A stretch of DNA of 64,000 nucleotides from Candidatus Dormiibacterota bacterium. GTDB taxonomy: Bacteria; Chloroflexota; Dormibacteria; Aeolococcales; Aeolococcaceae. This document shows positions 59,661-64,000 of the stretch, one piece after another. Each line of letters begins with the position of its first letter. The stretch's first letter is position 1. The translations under genes and the position numbers were made by a program. A model generated the notes under the pieces. The model was not told the origin of the DNA and did no database searches. It worked only from the letters and a program-made list of their open reading frames with translations. The DNA lies in contig OY970355.1 of assembly GCA_963718525.1 (NCBI GenBank), positions 1,952,001 to 2,016,000 on the forward strand, written 5' to 3'.

Positions 59661-60298
59661 TCGGGTTCTGGCGCCAGCTCGGCCACCTTCGCGGGAGGGA
59701 GATAGGCGAGACGGCGTAGCTCCTCGCCCTCGTAGTCGAGCTCGAGGAGCCCGCCCTTGGCGCACTGCAGCCTGTGGAGCGCGTACTTGGGCCTGTGCTC
59801 GGCGGTGACCCAGAAGCCCTGGATCGGATCGCCGTGGCTCACGCAGATGCCGCCCTCTCCGGGGTGATCGGCGAGCAGTCGCATGAGCGGCCGGCGGACC
59901 CGCGCCGCCAGCGCATCCACGCTCTCGTCGTTGCTGAGCAGCCCCGGCAACACCATGTGGATGAGCCACAGCGGCCTGCGCCAGGGCACCTGCTTGGGGG
60001 GAACGCCCTGGAGGTAGAGCCCGAAGCGCGTCTCGATCAGGTCGTCCGTATAGGTGATCGAGGCCGAGTCGAGATGCGACGCGATGATCTCGGAGGTCTG
60101 CCGAGCCCTCTCGAGGGGGCTCGAGTAGATCTGGCGCGCCTTGGTCCGCGCGAAGAAGCGACCCAGCGCGTGCGCCTGCTTGACGCCTTTCTCGCTGAGT
60201 GGGAAGTCGGGCAGGTGGCCGTAGAGGACACCATCGGGATTTCGGACATCGCAGTGGCGAACCAGGTGGAGGCGGGTCGAGGCCGGGTCTTCGCTCAC
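59627..60298 (-). CDS. Histidine phosphatase family protein
   Basis: LVRHC.V.NPDGVLYG, SSPLERA, VSHGDPI. Confidence 0.85.
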   Translation of the reverse strand: MSEDPASTRLHLVRHCDVRNPDGVLYGHLPDFPLSEKGVKQAHALGRFFARTKARQIYSSPLERARQTSEIIASHLDSASITYTDDLIETRFGLYLQGVPPKQVPWRRPLWLIHMVLPGLLSNDESVDALAARVRRPLMRLLADHPGEGGICVSHGDPIQGFWVTAEHRPKYALHRLQCAKGGLLELDYEGEELRRLAYLPPAKVAELAPEPDQTEAGSRSGA

Positions 60299-60480
60299 TC
60301 ATGGCGATGCTACGGGAAGTCGCTTCGCGGGGGCCTGCGCTTGTGCTGGACGGTCCCGGCGAAGGAGCGATTGGTGCGTCGCAGCCGAATGTCCTCACAA
60401 TATGGGGTCGTGGCGCGCCGGGTGTGCGCGGACGCAACCAACGCGCAGGACCAGAACATGACTCCGATCATCCGGCACGC

Positions 60481-61959
60481 GTGAAGCGCAACCTGCACTT
60501 CGTCCTGCCGGTCGCGCTCTATCTGCTGCTGCGCATCCCGTCGCTCATCGAGCCGCAGTGGTACCAGGACGAGGCCGGATATGCGTCGACCGTCTGGCTC
60601 ACGCATCTCGGCTACGGGCTCTACGTCGATGCCTGGAACAACAAACCGCCGCTGCTCTTCGGTATCTACGACCTGAGCCGGATGCTGTTCGGGACCGGCG
60701 AGACAGGGCTCCACGCGCTCACCATCCTGAGCGGTCTCGCCGCGATGATCGCCGCACTCTGGGGAACGTCGCGGCTCTTCTCGAACCGCGCGGCGTTGTG
60801 GGCCGGTCTCGTGATCGCGGTGATCATCGGCACGCCGATGCTGGACGGCAACCTGGCACTCCCCGAGAGCCTGCTGATCGGTCCCGTGACCGCCGCTGTG
60901 ATGTGGTTCGTGGTTGCATGTGCCGGCCCGGCGACGTCGCGGCCGCGTGTGATCACGATTGGAGTGATCGGCCTGCTGCTGGCCTGCGGGTTTCTGATCC
61001 AGCAGACCGCCTTCGCCGACTTCGCCGCGATCATGCTCTGGTGTCTCGTGCGGCGCAACTGGCGGTCGATGCTCATCCTGGGCGGCACCTACGTCGTCAC
61101 CATCGCGGCGGTCCTCATTCCATTCATCCTCAGCGCAGGCGCGCACAACGTGTGGTTCGCGCTGGTGACGTCCTACGTGGACTATCTCAACGACGCGCTC
61201 GGGAACGGAGTCAAGTCGTATGTGTTCCGCATCGGGGTCGTGCTTGGCATGGTTGCCGTTGCATGGTTCTGCCGCAACGCGAAGGACGCTCGCCTCGAGC
61301 TCGTCCGCATCTGGGCGACCGCAGGACTGTTCGCCGCGATCGCGACGGGATATTCATACGAACACTTCCTGTTGCCGGTGATGATCCCGTTGGTGCTGCT
61401 GATCACCGGGCTGGTATCGCGGCACCACGATCATCTGTGGCAGCGCGTGCGGCGGCCGCGCGTGCTCGTCGCCGGCGCACTGCTCGCTGTCATCGCGTCG
61501 ACGGGGTGGTCACTGTTCGCTGCCGGATTCCGCTCGGCTTCGTGGAGTCTCGGGTACTACGCCAACGCCGCCGGGTACGTCTCCGGCTCGATATCGGAGT
61601 TCGACTACGACGCGTACTTTGGAGCGCTCAATTACGGAGAACGCCAGGCGGAGGACTGGATCAGCAGCCACAATCTGGTGGGGGCGACGGCGATGCTCTG
61701 GGCGAACCTCGCCTGGCCGCTTGTCGATGACGACCTGGTCCCGCCAACCCGTAGCGGCCCGCTGTATGTGACCCTCGCGCTCGAGAAAGGCACCGCCGAA
61801 ATCCTGGCGCGGATGAACGCGGCGCCGCCTGAGCTCATCCTCGTCACCCCGTACCGCATCGAGAACCTGGCCGACGTCCGAACGTTCATCAGCACGCACC
61901 ACTACCTGCTGGTCATGGATGCCAACGGGATCGAGCTGTACGAGCGTTCAAACGGATGA
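60481..61959 (+). CDS. GT-C (ArnT/PMT-like) membrane glycosyltransferase
   Basis: EPQWYQDEAGY, WNNKPP, many TM segments. Confidence 0.75.
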   Translation: MKRNLHFVLPVALYLLLRIPSLIEPQWYQDEAGYASTVWLTHLGYGLYVDAWNNKPPLLFGIYDLSRMLFGTGETGLHALTILSGLAAMIAALWGTSRLFSNRAALWAGLVIAVIIGTPMLDGNLALPESLLIGPVTAAVMWFVVACAGPATSRPRVITIGVIGLLLACGFLIQQTAFADFAAIMLWCLVRRNWRSMLILGGTYVVTIAAVLIPFILSAGAHNVWFALVTSYVDYLNDALGNGVKSYVFRIGVVLGMVAVAWFCRNAKDARLELVRIWATAGLFAAIATGYSYEHFLLPVMIPLVLLITGLVSRHHDHLWQRVRRPRVLVAGALLAVIASTGWSLFAAGFRSASWSLGYYANAAGYVSGSISEFDYDAYFGALNYGERQAEDWISSHNLVGATAMLWANLAWPLVDDDLVPPTRSGPLYVTLALEKGTAEILARMNAAPPELILVTPYRIENLADVRTFISTHHYLLVMDANGIELYERSNG

Positions 61960-63555
61960 GTGGCGGACAGCGTGGCGTCGTGACGTGGCTGCGCTCACTC
62001 GCGACACCGGGCGCTCGACGTAGATGATGTCGGGACCGACGCTGTACACGGGCACGTAGTACTGGGCAAGGACGAGGAGGATGGACGCCCGTGGTACCAG
62101 GCTCGGAAGGTTGACGACGATGACCCGAGGTCGATGACGAGCGACGTACGCGCCGATCTTCGACCCCTTGCCGAGCATCACGTCATCATTGAACAGGCCG
62201 ACGGTGGGCAGCACGGTGTGCAGCGGGGTCAGCAGGTAGATCCACTCATCAGCGACGCTCCAGACCACAGCCGATGAATTGGCGAAATGGTGGGCGACCA
62301 GCCAGGCCGCGACGGCCTGGTCGGGAACGACGCCCTCCGAGAAGCTGTTCTGCCAGCGGGTTCGTTCCGACGCGTTCACGAGACTTGTGTAGCCGTCGAC
62401 GTAGTACGTCGACAGGCTGCGGCCGTTGATCCAGTACGACCCGGCATACGACCCCTGGACTGACGCGAGGAGCACACCGGCCGCCAGCACGGCGGAGCCG
62501 AGAAGCAGCAGGGGGCGCCGGGCGCCGGCGACGAGGGCAGGCAACCGGTGCCACGGCGTCGCGGCACCTGCCGCGCAGATCCACGGAATCGATGGGAGGA
62601 CAAGATGCGGATACGGGAAGTGGGCGGATCCTGCGACCAGGAGATCGATTCCCGCCAGCACCCAGAGCATCCAGAAGGAGTTGCGGGTTCGGCGCGCGAC
62701 CAGCGCGGCCCCGAGAAAGATCGCGATGACGCCTGCGCCGATGCTCGCGAAGTGGAGCACGCGAGCGAGCAGCGTGAGCGGCAGGGAGTTGTGCGCGTAG
62801 ATCCCGTAGAACGCGACGGTCGCGAACCAGGTGGGGCCCACCCCCGACGCGACGATGGTCGGCACGAGCCAGAGCAGCGTGACGGCGAGGCCCGCCCCCA
62901 CGAAGCGGAGGTAGTCGCCCCAGCGCCGTGGAGAGGCGATCAGCAGGATGACTCCGATGGCCACGACGTCCGCGATGACGGTCTGCTGCATGCCGAGCGC
63001 GATCGACATCAGCAACCCCGCCGCGTACGGCGCCCAGCGGTGCCGTGCCGCCCACCCCGGGAACACGATGGTGACGAGCATCAGCATGCCCGCCCAGGTC
63101 GTGAGCCCGATCAGCGCTCCTTCCGGCAGGAAGAGCTCCGAATCGAAGATGGGCGGCCCGACGATCAGTGCGGTCAGCACGCACGCGATTCCCGCCCGCC
63201 GTCTCGATCCCGTGAGTCGCGCCACGCCCCAGCCGATCGCGATCACCGCGGCGATGGCGCTCGCGAACGGAACCAGGTGGATGGCGGCTTCGGAGTACCC
63301 GAGGAAGTGGGTCACGATCCCGTAGATCCAGTACTGCACGGGCGGCTTGTTGTCCCATGCCCCTGGCGAGGTGTACAGATCGCCGCCACCGAAGACGGTC
63401 CGGCCGACGTAGGCGTACGTGCTCTCGTCCGAGTACCAGTGCGGCTCGAGAAAGGCGGGTATTCGGAACGCGACGATCATCGCGACCGCGGCCGCAACCG
63501 CAGGCCAAGGCGTCGAGGTCGCCGCCTTGTCAGGCGCTTCGCCGGGGGTCGTCAT
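61948..63555 (-). CDS. GT-C (ArnT/PMT-like) membrane glycosyltransferase
   Basis: EPHWYSDESTY, WDNKPP, many TM segments. Confidence 0.75.
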   Translation of the reverse strand: MTTPGEAPDKAATSTPWPAVAAAVAMIVAFRIPAFLEPHWYSDESTYAYVGRTVFGGGDLYTSPGAWDNKPPVQYWIYGIVTHFLGYSEAAIHLVPFASAIAAVIAIGWGVARLTGSRRRAGIACVLTALIVGPPIFDSELFLPEGALIGLTTWAGMLMLVTIVFPGWAARHRWAPYAAGLLMSIALGMQQTVIADVVAIGVILLIASPRRWGDYLRFVGAGLAVTLLWLVPTIVASGVGPTWFATVAFYGIYAHNSLPLTLLARVLHFASIGAGVIAIFLGAALVARRTRNSFWMLWVLAGIDLLVAGSAHFPYPHLVLPSIPWICAAGAATPWHRLPALVAGARRPLLLLGSAVLAAGVLLASVQGSYAGSYWINGRSLSTYYVDGYTSLVNASERTRWQNSFSEGVVPDQAVAAWLVAHHFANSSAVVWSVADEWIYLLTPLHTVLPTVGLFNDDVMLGKGSKIGAYVARHRPRVIVVNLPSLVPRASILLVLAQYYVPVYSVGPDIIYVERPVSRVSAATSRRHAVRHSSV

Positions 63556-63595
63556 TCAGAGAGTTCTGCCTTCCCTGTCACCACGTCCAGAGGAG

Positions 63596-63671
63596 TGGCG
63601 CCCCCGGTAGGAGTCGAACCCACGGCCGTCGAGTTAGAAGCTCGCTGCTCTATCCGCTGAGCTACGGGGGC
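63596..63671 (-). tRNA. tRNA-Arg(TCT)
   Basis: GCCCCCG acceptor, TAGCTCAGCGGATAGAGC, CT-TCT-AA loop, GGTTCGAC, CCA. Confidence 0.95.
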
Positions 63672-63756
63672 GCGCGGCGAGTGTACCTGCGGCGAATCGT
63701 CCGGATCGCCGACCACCGCGCCATATAATCGCCGAGCCTCCTGTCGGGAGTCCCAT

Positions 63757-63834
63757 GGTGGCCATAGCTCAGCTGGTTAGAGTGCCAGGTTGTGGCCCTG
63801 GAGGTCGCGGGTTCGAATCCCGCTGGCCACCCCA
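63757..63834 (+). tRNA. tRNA-His(GTG) with encoded G-1
   Basis: G-GTGGCCA acceptor pairing with TGGCCAC-C-CCA, TT-GTG-GC loop; TATAAT at 63724-63729 upstream. Confidence 0.96.
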
Positions 63835-63857
63835 TCCGCCCGCTACAGTCGCCCGCG

Positions 63858-64000
63858 ATGCCATCGACTGACACGGGCGACCACATCGATCGCAACCGCG
63901 CCGCCTGGAACACCTGGGCGGCCAAATATGCCGAGCCCGGGCGACGGAACTGGGCGGCCGCCGAGCCGTCGTGGGGGATCTGGGGTATCCCCGAGAGCGA
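63858..64000 (+). CDS. Partial CDS, probably the N-terminus of a class I SAM-dependent methyltransferase
   Basis: MPSTDTGDHIDRNRAAWNTWAAKY...WGIWGIPES; runs off the window before motif I. Confidence 0.55.
   Translation, partial: MPSTDTGDHIDRNRAAWNTWAAKYAEPGRRNWAAAEPSWGIWGIPES

Overview
High-GC (roughly two-thirds by eye) bacterial chromosome window. The gene content (F420-type LLM enzyme, MshA-like glycosyltransferase, many apparently leaderless genes) suggests a soil Actinomycetota-like or Dormibacterota/Chloroflexota-related organism, but taxonomy cannot be fixed from this window. 1-19 kb is accessory DNA ending at tRNA-Gly: a cyclase-AAA-TPR gene, an internally deleted paralog, an MFS-cNMP fusion, a Rox-like monooxygenase behind an RAE-like palindrome, a WxL/DUF916-like pair, a REC-HD-GYP-REC-LuxR regulator with a PAS kinase, and a PadR/ABC operon. 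19-43 kb is mostly housekeeping (rsgA, metG, rmlA/D, trpS, an archaeal-type tyrS, FNR, mshA-like, pepN). It also holds a cobalamin-riboswitch ECF operon whose two surface proteins look like the separated alpha and beta domains of animal transcobalamin/intrinsic factor; this is the best candidate for a poorly described system. 43-60 kb is a complete nuoA-N operon extended by a minimal FAD-binding gene and resB. The window ends with two convergent GT-C genes, tRNA-Arg, tRNA-His and a partial methyltransferase. Four apparent single-base indels fall at GACTC, suggesting methylation-linked sequencing errors. There is no CRISPR array, rRNA, transposase or integrase. All calls come from reading motifs by eye; no searches were run.
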